Shown here: positions 51,085 through 64,000 of the stretch, piece by piece
Layout: the number at the start of each line of letters is the position of its first letter
Numbering within the stretch: the first letter of the stretch is position 1
DNA from: Lama glama
Taxonomy: Eukaryota
Length of the DNA stretch: 64,000 nt
Reading direction: 5' to 3'
Assembly: GCA_028534125.1 (NCBI GenBank)
Contig: CM052816.1
Span: forward strand, 10,046,001 to 10,110,000
Translations under genes and position numbers: made by a program
The notes under the pieces: generated by a model
Seen by the model: only the letters and a program-made list of their open reading frames with translations
Told to the model about the DNA's origin: nothing
Databases searched by the model: none

Positions 51085-54000
51085 CCCCCTTTGAATGTCC
51101 TCCTAAAGTTTTGAGAAAAAAGATCCTTTCACAAAATTGTTTGAAAACCTTATGATATATAGCTGTAATTGATATTTTGTGTGCCAAAATATCTAATTTC
51201 TTTAAAAACTAAAGATTTTATTTTCATTTGGATAGTCATCATCTTATTTTCATCAGCCTCTAGTGGTTTTAGTCCACAGTGTTTACTGGAATCGATGTTA
51301 ATAAGACAGAACTCCAAGCTTACCACCATGTGACTTAGTCATAATTCATTTTCACTGAAGATCTCAAGCAAGGATTATGTAATGAGAGAACAACCCCCCC
51401 CCCCCGGGAAAGTCTTCAAAATTCTGACCTTTTCCCTTTAGGAAGTAGGCACGGTTATCTCCATCATGAAGGACCTGCTTATACTTTTGCCGCCCTCTGT
51501 GTAGTTCAGATGCAGTGAAATTTTTGATGATGACGGTGACAGTGATGCTATTGCCGATGACAGTTCACACTTTGACAGTAGGGTCTGGGGTTGCACAGCT
51601 CCGGGGAGGACTTTGAAGGATGCCTCCCAGAGCTGTGCTGTGGAGCAGCACCGAATGAGCACCTGCCGGATGCCCTGTGAGTTCTGAACACTTCACAAGC
51701 GTATGCCTTGGAAGTAGGTACCATGCTTCTTACTCCTTCAGCTGAGGAAACTAAGGCAGAGAATGTTCCATGAGCTAGTAAATGATTCACAGAGTGGTTC
51801 CTAAGTGCTTGTCTTTATACTAGGTGTATGAGATCAGAGCCCTCTTCTCAAAAGGCTTATAAAGTAGCAAAGGAGACAGGTCTATAAACAAGAGTTAATG
51901 ATAAAACATGCAATGTGTGGCCACCAAAACGTAATGCTGTGGCTTTCCCATTCAGCTGCCAAAGGACATGGCCTCTAACAAAAACAAGTACCTTAACATT
52001 TGCCATCAAGATACAGAGTTTTATTTTAGCTGAATTATATTTGATCTTTACTGAAGAAATAAAAACAGAATGTGAATGACTTCTTAGTGACCATTTCCTG
52101 TTGCTTTATATTACACATTGGAATACTACACATTAGCTCGTATATTGTAACGCTACCTGACCAAACCCATCTAATTTATGAGTCTTAAGATAACCCAGAT
52201 ATCTTATTTCTTATGTGAATGACTAACCAAAGGTTAGATTTTTCTCTTTATGACATCACCTGGGGAAGAAACTAGGGATATATTTGAACATTTTGAATTA
52301 AAAGAGAACTTCGGTATAATTCTTCAAACCACATACAAAAACGTATTCTTTGCATTTGTGGTCCTGATTTTAAAGGAAAATTATGTTTAAAAATAATTTA
52401 ACACCTACGATGTGTTCTTCTAAGGTGTATGTGTGGAGAAGTAGAGAGTGGGGAACATACAAAGATGAGTAAGACTCAATCCCAGTACAGTTAGCAGTAA
52501 GCGTTGAGGCACTGAAACTTTGCCAAGAGACATGGGGGCCTTTATCGGGACTGAAGAACATTGGCCAATTCGGTATCAAACATGTGAAAATCTATACAAG
52601 AAAACTGAAGAACATCAATCAACGAACATAAATGAAGAAAAAGAGTAAATTCGTGAAGATGGAAGATAGAGTTTACCACCTGAAAGTAGGGGAGGACACT
52701 GTAACCTGTCTGGCCTTAAAGTTAAAAAAGAATGTTAGAGTGACATGGAAGCAAGCCACTGATACCGCCTTTTTTGAGAATAATGCAGAATATGGATTTT
52801 TAAAACAAAACTGCACGAAGAGGTCATTTGGCGGCATGCATAGTTTGCTGTGCTCTGAATTTCAGTGTACTGGATGTGTATTAGAAAACAGACCTTAAGA
52901 CTGAAGTAAGGAATGACTATTAAATCCTAAAGAGCAAATTATGAATGGCTTCCTGCAGTTTTTTCCCCCTTGAACCTTCCCTGGTGTGTGAATGTAATGA
53001 GGCCACATGCACAGTAAGTATTGGAAAACATGTTAGATACATTGATTCCAGTTGCAGCCAAGGGACTCTTTCAGGATTATTTTTTCTGTATTTAATACAT
53101 ACACAGTAACCCAGAAAGTAAGAGAAAATATAAATCCGGAGGGGAAAAGGTAACTGAGTGTTTAATGAGCATATTGATCCTGCTCCGCCTGCCTTCGCCT
53201 TGGTGTTTTTCCCTCTTTGAGCTGTGATTATCAGTACTCCAGCCTCTGAATTAAATAATCGGTACACTCTCTGTGTCTCTGTGCGGTCAGGTGACGCTGA
53301 GGCAGAAACCTGTAAAGCCCGAGCAGATCTCTTAAACTCTCTATTTCCTTTTAAGTAAAAGGAAAGTCTTGGGCTAGTATATCTACAAGAAGGACCCTTC
53401 CAGCTGTAAATATGTTCATGACTCTGTGACTGTCATCACATTTTCCATCAGTCTTGTGTCATGATAAATACTTCCCAAGGTAATAGCAATGTTGGCTTTT
53501 TCATCACTGTTCTCTTTCAGTATGTATAAGTGTATGTGTTTGTCTGTTTGTAAGAAAGAGATGTTGCCTCAGTGTAGCAAAAACGTTATTCATTCATTCC
53601 AAACCATACATCTAAAAAGGCATACAGTGTGGTAGACTGCAGGGCTAATTAGTCAGTCCAATGAATAAAAGTATTGAGTTTACTTTTTCTTGGCTTCAGC
53701 CTAGATACTGCATCCATAAGCGCTCATGTTCAAGCAAGCACGTGACCGACTGATTGACAGAGGTATTAAGAGGTTTTCTAGTTTATTGAAGGGGCTGTAT
53801 TAGATTATATTCAAGGACTCTTTCCCCTCAACATGATGAACGTGTAGAAGCAGACCCCCAAGGCAGGAGCATTCTCTGCCCTATAAAATATTTGCTCTTG
53901 CACGTTCAGAAAGTCACTTCACAATTTCCCTTTTTAGAGGCCGTGTGGGGAGCCAGCTTGCCATATGTGTGATATTTTCATCAAAGTATGCACACATCTC

Positions 54001-55125
54001 TGCTTGATAGAAAAACATCAAATGAAAGGAGTCGAGATTGTCTTTTTCATTCTTTCCTATTTCTCAGGACAGGTTTTACTGTTGTATATCAGGTCAGTAG
54101 AATTTCTTGTAAAATCAGAGAACCCCTTGACTTGACAAGTATTCTTCTCCCACAGACTTCATCATGGAATAAGTTGACTTATTCTAGCTGCAGTTTTTTT
54201 AGGGTGAACGCGTGTGACCCAGTGTGAGGGCACACAACTGGAATTCAGAAATCCTAGGTTTAGTCTTTGTTCAGCCGTCAACCAGCTATATGACATGAGC
54301 AGGCCTCCTGTCCTTTCTTCTTTTTTTTCCTAGTGTCCTGTCCATTCTTGATTTTTTTGAAACTATAAAAGGAGAGAAAAAGATACAGCCTTTTCTTTTT
54401 TTCTCTCGTTGCTCCCCTTGAAAGGAAAAAAAAAAAGTAAATGTGTCTAGAAGGATCTTTTCATTCTTCTGCTATCAGATGTGTGGGCATATTTGCAAAC
54501 TGATGGAAGAAATCCTTTCTGAAATCCAGAGTCCTTTCATTTGCCTATAGTAGTGATTACAGTTACTTACGAACCTGGCTTATTTTTCCCATTAGCCTGA
54601 AATCTCCACAAGGGAAATGAGGTAGAGGGAGGTGGGGGGGGGGGGGAAGGAAAACACAATCTAAGGAGTAGACTAGAATCCAAGAAGGGGTGAGGGAATT
54701 GCAGATGGCTCAAAAATGCATATTAATTTAACCTTTCATTTGTAATAGCGAACTGTTAAAAATAAAATTGCATAAAATTACCTTGACTGGTTGGAATATA
54801 GTGAAAATACAGTGAAAGAACATTGCAGGAGGCATGCACTGTAAATGCTTTAAACACTATTACAGATTTTAAAAATTTAATGACATGGAAAGACATTTAG
54901 AATACATTCAGTGAAAAATCTAGATTTAAAAACACTATGTTGAAAATATGTTCACATATGCTTAGATAAAAAAGACATGAAGGCAGTAGAAAAATATAAA
55001 AAGTGTTTAGGTGGTAGAAATATATGAATTTTATTTATTTTAAAATTTTTGTTGATAAGGTTTTCTAGGTTTTTTTCCAATGGACATATATTACTTGGTT
55101 AAGACAAGAAGCAAACCAAAAAGAA

Positions 55126-56740
55126 TTTTTTTTTTGTATTCTTTGGTTTATTTTGCTCTTTTTTTCCCCTGGTTTCCTAATGTGAAAGCTCAGATTATTG
55201 GTTCAAGAAGTCTCTTTAAAAAATTGACATATAGTTGATTTACAATATTGTGCTAGTTTTAGGTGTATAGCAAAGTGATTCAGTTATATATATATTTTTT
55301 GGACTATTTTCCATTATAGGTTATTATAAGATATTGAACATAACCCCCTGTGCTATACAGTTAATCCTTGTTGCTTATTTATATGTATAGCAGTTTATGT
55401 CTCTAATCCTGTACTCCTAATTTATCCCTCCACCCCTCCCTTTCCCCTTCAGTAATCACAGATTTGTTTTCTATGTCTGGGGGTTTGATTCTGTTTTGTA
55501 TATAGATATTTTTGTATTCATTTTTAGATTCCACATGTAAGTGATACCTTATTTCTTTCTCTGTCTTACTTGACTTAGTATAGTATTCTTTAGGTCCATC
55601 CATATTGCTGCAAATGACAGTATTTCATTCTTTTTTATGCTGAGTAATATTCCATTGTATATATATATATATATATTCCACATCTTCTTTATCCATTCAT
55701 CTGTTGATGGACACTTAGGTTGTTTCTATGTCTTGGTTATTGTAAATAATGCTACTGTGAACATTGGGGTGCATGTATCTTTTTAGAGTTTTCATCTTTT
55801 CCAGATATATGCCCAGGAGTGGGATTGCTAGGTCATATGGTAGCTCTATTTTTAGTTTTTGAAGGAACCTCTATACTATTTTCCATAGTGACTGCACCAA
55901 TTTATATTCCCATCAACAGTGTAGGAAGGTTCCCTTTTCTCCATACTCTACAGCTTTTAATATCTGTAGACCTTTTGATGATGGCCATTCTGACTGGTGT
56001 AAAGTAATACCTCATTGTGGTTTTGATTTGCATTTCTGTAATAATTAGCAATGTGGAGCATCTTTTCATGTGCCTCTTGGCCATCTGTATGTCTTCTTTG
56101 GGGAAATGTCTATTTAAGTCTTTTGCCCACCTTTTGATTCGGTTGTTTGCTTTTTGGTATTGAGTTGTATGAATTGGTTAAATATTTTGGATATTAACCC
56201 CTTGGTGATTGCATCATTTGCAAATATTTTCCCCCATTTTGTAGGTTGTCTTCTTGTTTTGTTGATGGTTTCTTTTGCTGTGCAAAAGCTTTTAAGTTTG
56301 GTTAGATCCCATTTTTTATTTTTGCTTTTATGTCTATTGCCTTGGGAGATTAACCTAAGAAAACATTGCTATGATTCATGTCAGATAATGTTTTGCCTAT
56401 GTTCTCTTCTAGGAGTTTTATGGTGTCATGTCTTATACATAGGTCTTTAAACCATTTGAGTTTATTTTTGTATATAGTGTGAAGGAGGGTTCTAATTTAA
56501 TTGATTTACATGTAGCTGTCCAGCTTTCCCAGCACCACTTGTTGAAGAGACTTTTTCTCCATTGTGTGTTCTTGCCTTTGTTGTCATTAATTGACCTAAG
56601 TGTGTGGGTTTATTTCTGGGTTCTATTCAGCTCCATTGAGCTATATGTCTGTTTTTGTGCCAATACCACACTACTTTGATTATTTCAGCTTTGTAGCATA
56701 GTCTAAAGTCTGGAAAATTTATGCCTCCAGCTTTGTTCTT
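55126..56740 (-). mobile_element. 5'-truncated L1 (about 1.5 kb; degraded ORF2 C-terminal part plus 3' UTR) with a probable 3'-transduced tail
   Basis: ORF 55902-56084 translates to L1 ORF2 ([26 protein letters not shown]). The 3' UTR ends at about 55216. Candidate TSD at 55116-55130 / 56741-56755. Confidence 0.93.
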
Positions 56741-57815
56741 CCCAAAAGAACTTTTTAAGTTGCCTTTATCTGAACATTTTAGAAAGTTTCTGATGGATAT
56801 TTAGGGAAGGAAAAGCAGGCTTTATATTCTTTCACCATTAAGATAAATTATTTCATTATTCTAGTTTGTTTTTTTTAAAATCTGAATTAAAATAATGATC
56901 AATCATAAGTATATGTAAGAAATGAAAACCCTAGGATTTAGACAAGCCAAATGAAGACCAGCAATGCTCTCCTACCAGTTTTAAGCTGTTCTGATTCTGA
57001 AGGACAAGCCCCAAGGTCAATTTAAGCAAACCAGAGTGACTACATCATCACTGTCAGTAGAAAAAAGTGAGCTTTCTTGATGTTCTATCTACTAATAATT
57101 TTGCAAAGTAAGATCAGGGTTCTTTCTTTTCTGGAAAATATGACCAATTGGTTTTTATTCACTGATCTTTTTCTTAATTTACAAAATGAATTCTGATAAA
57201 CCCTGATTATTATCTGTTAGTATTTATTTATTACATCATCATACTGTAATCCTTCATAGTCATTCTAGTTATTTTTTTAATGTATGTGTTATGAGCATGA
57301 ATTGCTTTTTCCATAAATTATAAGTCAGTTGAAGAGTTTCATTTATCACTTTTGATTAATTTTATTTAATGTCCCTACCATTTATTTGTGTCTGCTCCAG
57401 CATCCCCCACCTCTCCCACCCCCTCTCAATATCCTCTTTCCTCCGTTTGCTTCTCTGTTAACTTATCCCGGACACCCAGTTTGGAGGACCCAACAGTTAG
57501 AAGCATCTCTCACTGGCAGTGTCCCATGCACTCAATTCTTCTTTTGTCTGAATTCCTATCATGCTTGTGATCACTACGGCACTGTTTACTGCATAATTGT
57601 TCTCCTTGTTTAAAATGTTCTCATTTTGTCTCCACAACTAGACTGAAAGGCTCTTGAAGAATTTGCAGTCCTCCTCCATTTCCCAGAAGTGGAAGGAAAC
57701 CTCTGTTTTACGTGTGCATTCTCTATGCCATGTACTGTCCTGGGTGTTTTGCTCGTTATCTCATTTAAGCCTGTTAACTCTTCTGTTAAGTCGGTATTAA
57801 CATCCTCATACGCTA

Positions 57816-58027
57816 TGGGAGGACACTAAATTCAGAGAGGTTGCTTACTTTCCTGAGGCCACACAGCTCATTAGTGACCCAGCTGTCTGCCTCTGGGTCC
57901 CTAATTGTTTTCCATTCCACCATGTTGTCTGGTTGATAACAGGTCACTTTAATGCGGTAGCTCATTTATAATTTTATTTAATTTTCTACTCTTGCTTTGT
58001 ATTTGACCTAACAGATAAAATGTTATG
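57816..58027 (+). repeat. Dispersed direct duplication, copy 1 (partner 62754-62971)
   Basis: About 212 bp; by hand alignment 11 substitutions and 2 small indels versus the partner. Confidence 0.95.
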
Positions 58028-58599
58028 GTAGAAACATTAAATATAATTAGGTCTTGGTTATTTGCTTTTAAATGGCCTTTCTTGTTCATGCCAAGTTTTC
58101 CTTCCTCTCTTGGTATCTTCCCCATTATATTTTTTTCCACTCTGCGAAATTACATTAAACCTCAAAGTGTCCAATTCATTAAAATGCTCCTGTATTCCAC
58201 GAACAATGTTAAAGACAATAATACATGGATTAGCTCTCTCTCTTCCCTGCATGAAAGAACCTACCTTGTCTCTATTTCAATTTGAGATTCCTGCCCCCTC
58301 TAAACTGGGGTATTCTACGGGTTGTGGAGGCAGCTCCCTTGAGACAAAAGGCAATGAAGAGGCGACAGTGATTCTGAACTTAAGTCCCTGCAGTACATCT
58401 AGGATATTCAGAAGCCTGGAGTAACCTGACCCCTGCAGGAGACAGCAGAGAGAGTGCTGAGTAGGGAAAGGCTCCCTTTCAACTGTGATAACTTACAGGA
58501 AGCTAGAGAAGTCAGCCTTCCAGCCTCCCCCGAGTTAACTAGCACATGCCCACACTTCTATCCTACCATGGTTCTGTTTGTCAGAGAGGACCTGGGTTT

Positions 58600-58720
58600 T
58601 TTTCTTCTTCTTCTTCTTTTCTTTTTTTTTTTTAATTGAAGGATAGTCAGTTACAATGTGTCAGTTTCTGGTGTACAGCATAATGCTTCAGTCATACACA
58701 TACATAATACATGTTTTTAT
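58600..58720 (-). mobile_element. Short L1 3' end with (CTT)n/poly-T tail
   Basis: ttttaattgaaggatagtcagttacaatgtgtcagtttctggtgtacagcataatg. Confidence 0.85.
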
Positions 58721-59242
58721 CTTCCTAATGCAGTGTGAAGAACTAAAAGGGGGTAATTTAAAACACAGACAGCAAAGATACTAAAAGAGACTCTCTGAAT
58801 ACATCAAGCCAGGCGCTTCTAACGCTGTGCCTTCCTCATGAAGTTCTCTCCAGAATTCAGATAGGATTGCAGGAGCAGAAGACTGACTGCTAGGGGTCTG
58901 GTCTTTGAAGCCATCACAGTCTGGGGCCACTTGCCCCACGACATAGGCAGTCAAGAATCAATGGCTTGAGCTGCTATTGAGGTGAGGGCTAGAAAATATT
59001 GCACATGGATTTCGTTCTTTAAAATGGTTGTGTTGTCATTCTCATAGTCTACCGGCAGAAGTTCCAAGGGAAAAACATTTCCAGAAAACAACTTGCAATT
59101 CATACCAAAAGCCTTAAAATGGCACACTCTTTGCCCTAGCAATTATGCTGATGGGAATAGATCCTAGAGAAATGCCTAGATGATAATCACCTTATCATTT
59201 ATCATCAATATGATGTGTACTACCAGAAAATTAGACACAGTC

Positions 59243-59627
59243 TGTTATGGGCTGAGTTCTGTGCCCCGCAAATTCATATGTTGAAGCCTGAACACCAGTG
59301 TGACTGTATTTGGAGATAGAGCTTTTTAAGAGGAAATTAGGGTTAAGTCAAGTCATAAGAGTGGGACCCTAATAAAATACAACTGGTGTTCTTATAAGAA
59401 GCAGAAGGCTACCCCAGGAATGTGCACAAACAGAGAGGAACAGCCCTGTGAGGACACAGTGAGAAGGCAGTTATCTGCAAGTCAAGAAGAAAGGCGTCAC
59501 CAGAAAACAACTTTGCTGGCACCTTGGTCTTGCACTTCCAGCCTTCAGAACTGTGAGAAAATAAATGTGTGCTGTCTAAGCCATCGGCCTCTGGGATTTT
59601 GTTTTGGCACCCCAGCGAACTAATACA
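59243..59627 (+). mobile_element. MLT1-type MaLR solo LTR inserted in an old L1M fragment
   Basis: TGTTATGGGCTGA...AAATTCATATGTTGAAG...CTTCCAGCCTTCAGAACTGTGAGAAAATAAAT...AACTAATACA, the typical MLT1A/B layout. Confidence 0.9.
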
Positions 59628-60299
59628 CAACCTTATCATCCAGTAATAGGAGAAAATTGCATGACAGAGTACAAGCCAACAATGGAATATAATGCAATCA
59701 CAGAAATAACGATTTATACCACGCTTGTTGATGTAGACAGTGCTCCCAGTATGGTTTTAGTTAGAAAAGAAGGTAACTAGAAAGCACACATAGTATGATC
59801 CTGTTTATATAAAAATGTGTTTCTCTGTGTGTGTGTTTGTGTGTACAGCATCTAGAATTATATGCAACAAACCTTCAAATCTTTTCCAGATTTGGTTTTC
59901 TTCCTCCTTCCCTCTCACCCTCCTTTCCTTCCTTCTTTCCTTTTTTTTCGCTTGTCTGTAAAGCTTATTTTTTCAAATGAACATTTTTAGAAATATTCAT
60001 ATAGGCATATATATTTTATCCTATATTTTTAAAGTGACTTTTATGTGGAATAAAATGTGTCCAGATTGTAAAATTCTTGAACTTAGTAATTACAACTGTC
60101 TTATAAACCCATGCATATTGTATCATTAAACATTGAATTAAGCTCATCATCACTTAATTTAATCTGTTTTTATCCTGTGATCAAAAAATTCCCTTTCTAC
60201 ACCACTCATCATATATATTTGGCATTTTTGATTGATGAGACGTCTAAGCTTCTTTCTTTGTCTGTTTTTAAAAGTTAATATAGTGTTAAGTGCTGAGAA

Positions 60300-60710
60300 T
60301 ACATACTTACAGAGAGAAAGATCCAGATTGAATGCTGGTCCAGCCACATGAACACTATAATCTTGAGGAAATTATTTAACCTTTCAAAGTCTCACTTTTC
60401 TTAGCTGTTAAATATATAATAATAATATACTTTTCTTAAAATTTTGTTGTAAAGATGAAATGAGATAACATATCCAAAGCTCAGCAGAGAGGTTCAGGGC
60501 AAGGATTCTGGCATCAGAGTGCTGGGGTTTGAATCTCAGCTCCTTGACTTGTTAGCTGTGTGATTCTGGACAAGTTACTTAACCTCTCTGTGCCTCAGAC
60601 TCCTTGTATGGGAATAATGATGCTACCTACATAGTCAGTGTTATTTTAGGCGTTGATATTTATAAAATTTTTACAACAGTATGGCGTATAGTAAGACTAT
60701 ACAGGCATTT
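60300..60710 (+). mobile_element. Two adjacent or nested MIR fragments
   Basis: Core motif ctgtgtgattctggacaagttacttaacctctctgtgcctcag at about 60557-60598, and a second diverged core at about 60355-60410. Confidence 0.75.
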
Positions 60711-61099
60711 ATTACTCTATGAAGAATTAATGCAGTGGTGGTATATAGTATTACCACCAAAAGCACCACATTGTTAAAATATAATAGCCAAGGTGTTTTT
60801 TATATATCAAAACAACTGTATATTCATCAAGTCTTTTCTTGCCATATAATTTGTGAGAACACTTTGATTTAGGAACTTTTTTGAGAATTTATTACTTAAA
60901 AAATTCTATTTATTATAAAAATATATTAAAAGACACAAGAAGGAGAAAGATTTCCCCTTAGTGTCCTCATTTAACTCTTCTAACACTCATATTTCCTGCC
61001 CACCTGGCTAATACAAATACGAGGCCATAGTTATCATTAGAGTGTATATTTGCGTGTGGGCCTCATACTTTTCATAGCGGAAGAGACTCCCCGTCCCCA

Positions 61100-62737
61100 T
61101 CAAAGCCAGAGGGGAGCCTGTGGGTTCTGGATCCCATCCCATTTCACCTTCTCAAGGTCTTTCCTCCTGCAATTGTATCCACTTCCCCCTGAATCATCCA
61201 TTTCTTCCTCTCAACTCGCTTACTCGCATCAGCATGTCATATGCTCTTGTATCTCAAATCTTAAAAAATTCCTCTTTTGACCTCAACACCCCCTTTAATC
61301 ACTGCCCCATTTATAGTCTGTGCAGGAACACCTGTTGAAAAAGCTGTTCCTCAGTTCATTCTACACCCATCACCACTTTCTCCTTAACCCACTCTGGACA
61401 GGCTTGCATTCCCATCACTCCCCTGAGACTCCAGATTCTGGTCGTTTAGTCCTTTTCTCATCTTGATCTTCTCTTGCCTTGACCTCTGTTGACCAGCCCC
61501 TTCACGGTTTCTACACTGTGCACTCCCTGACGTTCTCTTCTCTTTCACTGGCTCCCTCAACTCCATTCTTCTGGCTGGTCCCTTTTCTACTTTCCACCTC
61601 TAAGTATTTGAGTTCGCCAAGGCTCAGTCCCAGAATGTTTTAAGCTCTCTAGCTACACTCTCCTAGGTGATCTCATACATTCTCATCCAAAGTATGACAA
61701 CATCCATTTCCAGTCCTGCCTTCCCAGTGAGTCCAGACTCAGGGTTAGTCACCTATTCAACATTTCTGATAATATGCTTACTAGTCTTTCAGACTTAACT
61801 GGGACAGAGTAGAGCGCTTGACTTCCGTGCAAGTGACACCGAGCACGAGCTCACCCTTCCCCCGTCTCCGTCTTAGTAAATGGTGTGGATAGCCTCTAAG
61901 CTTTTTAAGCCAGTTTGTGGAACTGCCCTTGATTTCTTTCTTTCCCTGATATCCCGCATCCAATCTATTAACAGTCCTATTACTTTTCCCTCAAAACATT
62001 CCCTAAATTGGTCTACTTTTTCATCTCTGTTTCTACCTTCTAGTTAAAGCCGCCATCTTCCGCTGCCGGAACCACCTCAGTAACTTACTAGTGGGATTGC
62101 CTGCTTCAGTAGATTCTCCTCCCAGAAAACAGAGCAATCCTTTTAAACATAAATTGGATTACAACTTTCACTTCAAAATCATTTATTAAATACAACCTCC
62201 TTATCAAAGTTCACTAGTCCTACAAAGTGACCTTGCATACGTCTCTGATGTCCAGTTCTGGGGGAGGGTGCAGCTCAAACGGTAGAGCACATGCTTAGCA
62301 TGCATGAGATCCTGGGTTCAATCCCCGGCACTTCCTCTGAAATAAATAGGTAAGCCTAATTACCTCCCCCCGCACCCCTCCGCCCAAATTCTTCAGTTCT
62401 GCTAGTCTCTTCCGCGTGTGCTCCTCTTTCTGTACCTCACACACTCTTCTTGGAATACTCTTCTCTCTTACTTGAAGGAGTTGACTCCTTCTTCTCATTC
62501 AGATCCCAGCTCAAGTGTCTTCTTTTCAGAGAGGATCTCTCAGATCACCCAGTCTAGACACTCCCATCCCCTCGCTCCATCCTGACAATCTGTATGACGC
62601 TTGTCCCTGATGATATTTTGTGTAGTGACATGTTTGTGTTTTCACTGCCACCAGCACTTTATTTGTTCATTTCCATATCCCTTAAGTCTCACACAGTGCC
62701 TGAAGAGCAGGCACTCAAGTGTGTGTTGAGTGAATGC
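61100..62737 (+). mobile_element. L2 fragment (CT-rich ORF2 remnant and 3' end), interrupted by a SINE
   Basis: Pyrimidine-rich L2-like motifs (ctcctaggtgatctcat, catccaatctattaacagtcc, ctcattcagatcccagctcaagtgtc) ending in cacagtgcctg...gcactcaa...tgttgagtgaatg. Confidence 0.75.
62260..62390 (+). mobile_element. tRNA-derived SINE, camelid vic-1 type (longer form)
   Basis: GGGGGAGGGTGCAGCTCAAACGGTAGAGCACATGCTTAGCATGCATGAGATCCTGGGTTCAATCCCCGGCAC with A-box and B-box-like motifs; flanking direct repeat cagttctg. Confidence 0.88.
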
Positions 62738-62753
62738 TCTGGACTAGAGCTCG

Positions 62754-62971
62754 TGGGAGGAGACTAAGTTCAGAGAGGCTGCTCACTTTCCTGAGGCCAC
62801 ACAGCTCATTAGTGACCCAGCTATCTGCCTCTGGGTCCCTAATTGTTTTCCATTCCACCCACCATATTGTCTGGTTGATAACAGGTCGCTTTAATGCGGT
62901 AGCTCATTTCTAATTCTATTTAATTTTCTACTCTTGCTTTGTATTTGACCTAACTGAGGTAAAATGTCATG
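62754..62971 (+). repeat. Dispersed direct duplication, copy 2 (partner 57816-58027)
   Basis: Same sequence (ttcagagagg...cacacagctcattagtgacccagct...gtatttgacctaac) 4.9 kb downstream. Confidence 0.95.
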
Positions 62972-63882
62972 ACTGCATGGTCCACAAAGCTATCTTTAAA
63001 AAAATAATAAATCTAATTGATATGCCATCTCATAGGACATTCAGGGCATTTCCTTTTTCCTTTTTCCCTCCTCCTTTGATTTCCTCCTTCTCCCACTCTC
63101 TCCTTTCTTTCCTTTTTTAAAAAACAAATCCTCTGTACCTTCCTTCTGTTTTTTTTTTTCCTTTTGTTTTCCATGATTAGATAACACTGATATGAACATC
63201 TTTAGGTATGCAGTTTTATTCTTCTCAGTTATTTTCTGGGGATAATTTGCCTGTAAATGGAAATCAGATCAAAGAGTGACTTTGAAAGTCTGTTACCTCT
63301 CTCCCCAACCCTTGAGTCCTTTATCACCAAAAATGAGATGAGGCACAATGGTATTCAGAGATAGAGAGGTGTCCAAGAGTTAACAGAGTGGACAGTGAAC
63401 ACTTTCCAATATGCAGTAGAAGAATTAGTCAGTGTGTGAAAGACCTTAATGATGCACCAGAACTACACATAGCCTCATAAATTGTGCTCTTGTTTTCCTT
63501 TTTGTTTGTCTGTTTAGTTTTTGCATGCATGTATAGTGCCTTTCTGTGTGTTCTACAGGGATTTTCATTGTATAAAAATCTAAAGCTTTTATACTTAAAT
63601 CTGTTGGACTTTTTGTAAAATAGAGTTTCCATTTTTTCAAACTTTAGGAAGTTATTGAGCCTTTGAAGGTCTGATAGTCCATTTTAATTAGGCTTTTTTG
63701 AAAGTCATAGTTAACTTATTAAGCTTATTTGATGAAGCTTATTTTGATGTATGGTATAAACTGTAGGTTATCTTAGTTTTTTAAAAATATTTTTCTTTGC
63801 TCTATTTTATATTACATGTCTTTTTAACTAAGTTACCTTTACCTTTCCTAAAATTAGCTTTCATTTTTTTTTAAACCAAGGT

Positions 63883-64000
63883 ATTTTATTTATTTATTTA
63901 TTAACATTTTTTATTGATTTATAATCATTTTACAATGTTGTGTCAAATTCCAGTGTAGAGCACAACTTTTCGGTTATACATGAACATATATATATTCATT
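63883..64000 (-). mobile_element. Young L1 3' end, cut by the window edge
   Basis: (TTTA)n tail then ttttattgatttataatcattttacaatgttgtgtcaaattccagtgtagagcac. Confidence 0.85.

Noticed and set aside
54620..54650. G-rich tract as a G-quadruplex
   Set aside because: Mostly a mononucleotide G run deep in an intron, prone to sequencing error and with no supporting context.
62260..62335. tRNA-like sequence with A and B boxes (also 22917-22990)
   Set aside because: Has SINE tails and TSDs and lacks a proper acceptor stem, so it is a SINE and not a tRNA gene.

Overview
Mammalian genomic DNA, most likely from a camelid (inferred from two vic-1-type tRNA-derived SINEs). The window holds one complete protein-coding gene, SPINK1 (+ strand, 4 exons, 1502-7756, 79 aa Kazal-type trypsin inhibitor), which the ORF track misses because it is spliced. 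A GC-rich promoter and non-coding first exon at about 38350-38747 is most likely JAKMIP2, judged from known mammalian synteny; its long first intron would run off the window across a 500-N scaffold gap. The rest is intergenic or intronic DNA rich in L1, L2, MIR, SINE and LTR remnants. The most unusual element is a ~890 bp CpG-rich array built from two monomers (17 bp and 23 bp) in a higher-order pattern. It lies in the leader of a minus-strand ERV1-type provirus remnant 3 kb downstream of SPINK1. Other points of note are a probable L1 3' transduction, a perfect 30-bp-arm (GT)12/(AC)12 palindrome in an L1 tail, a ~210 bp dispersed duplication, and a CCAAT/RFX X-box/E-box/G-quadruplex promoter module. 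I cannot demonstrate a new biological system from sequence alone; the ERV-leader array is the best candidate. Repeat family names come from recognition, not from a database search, and all counts were done by hand.
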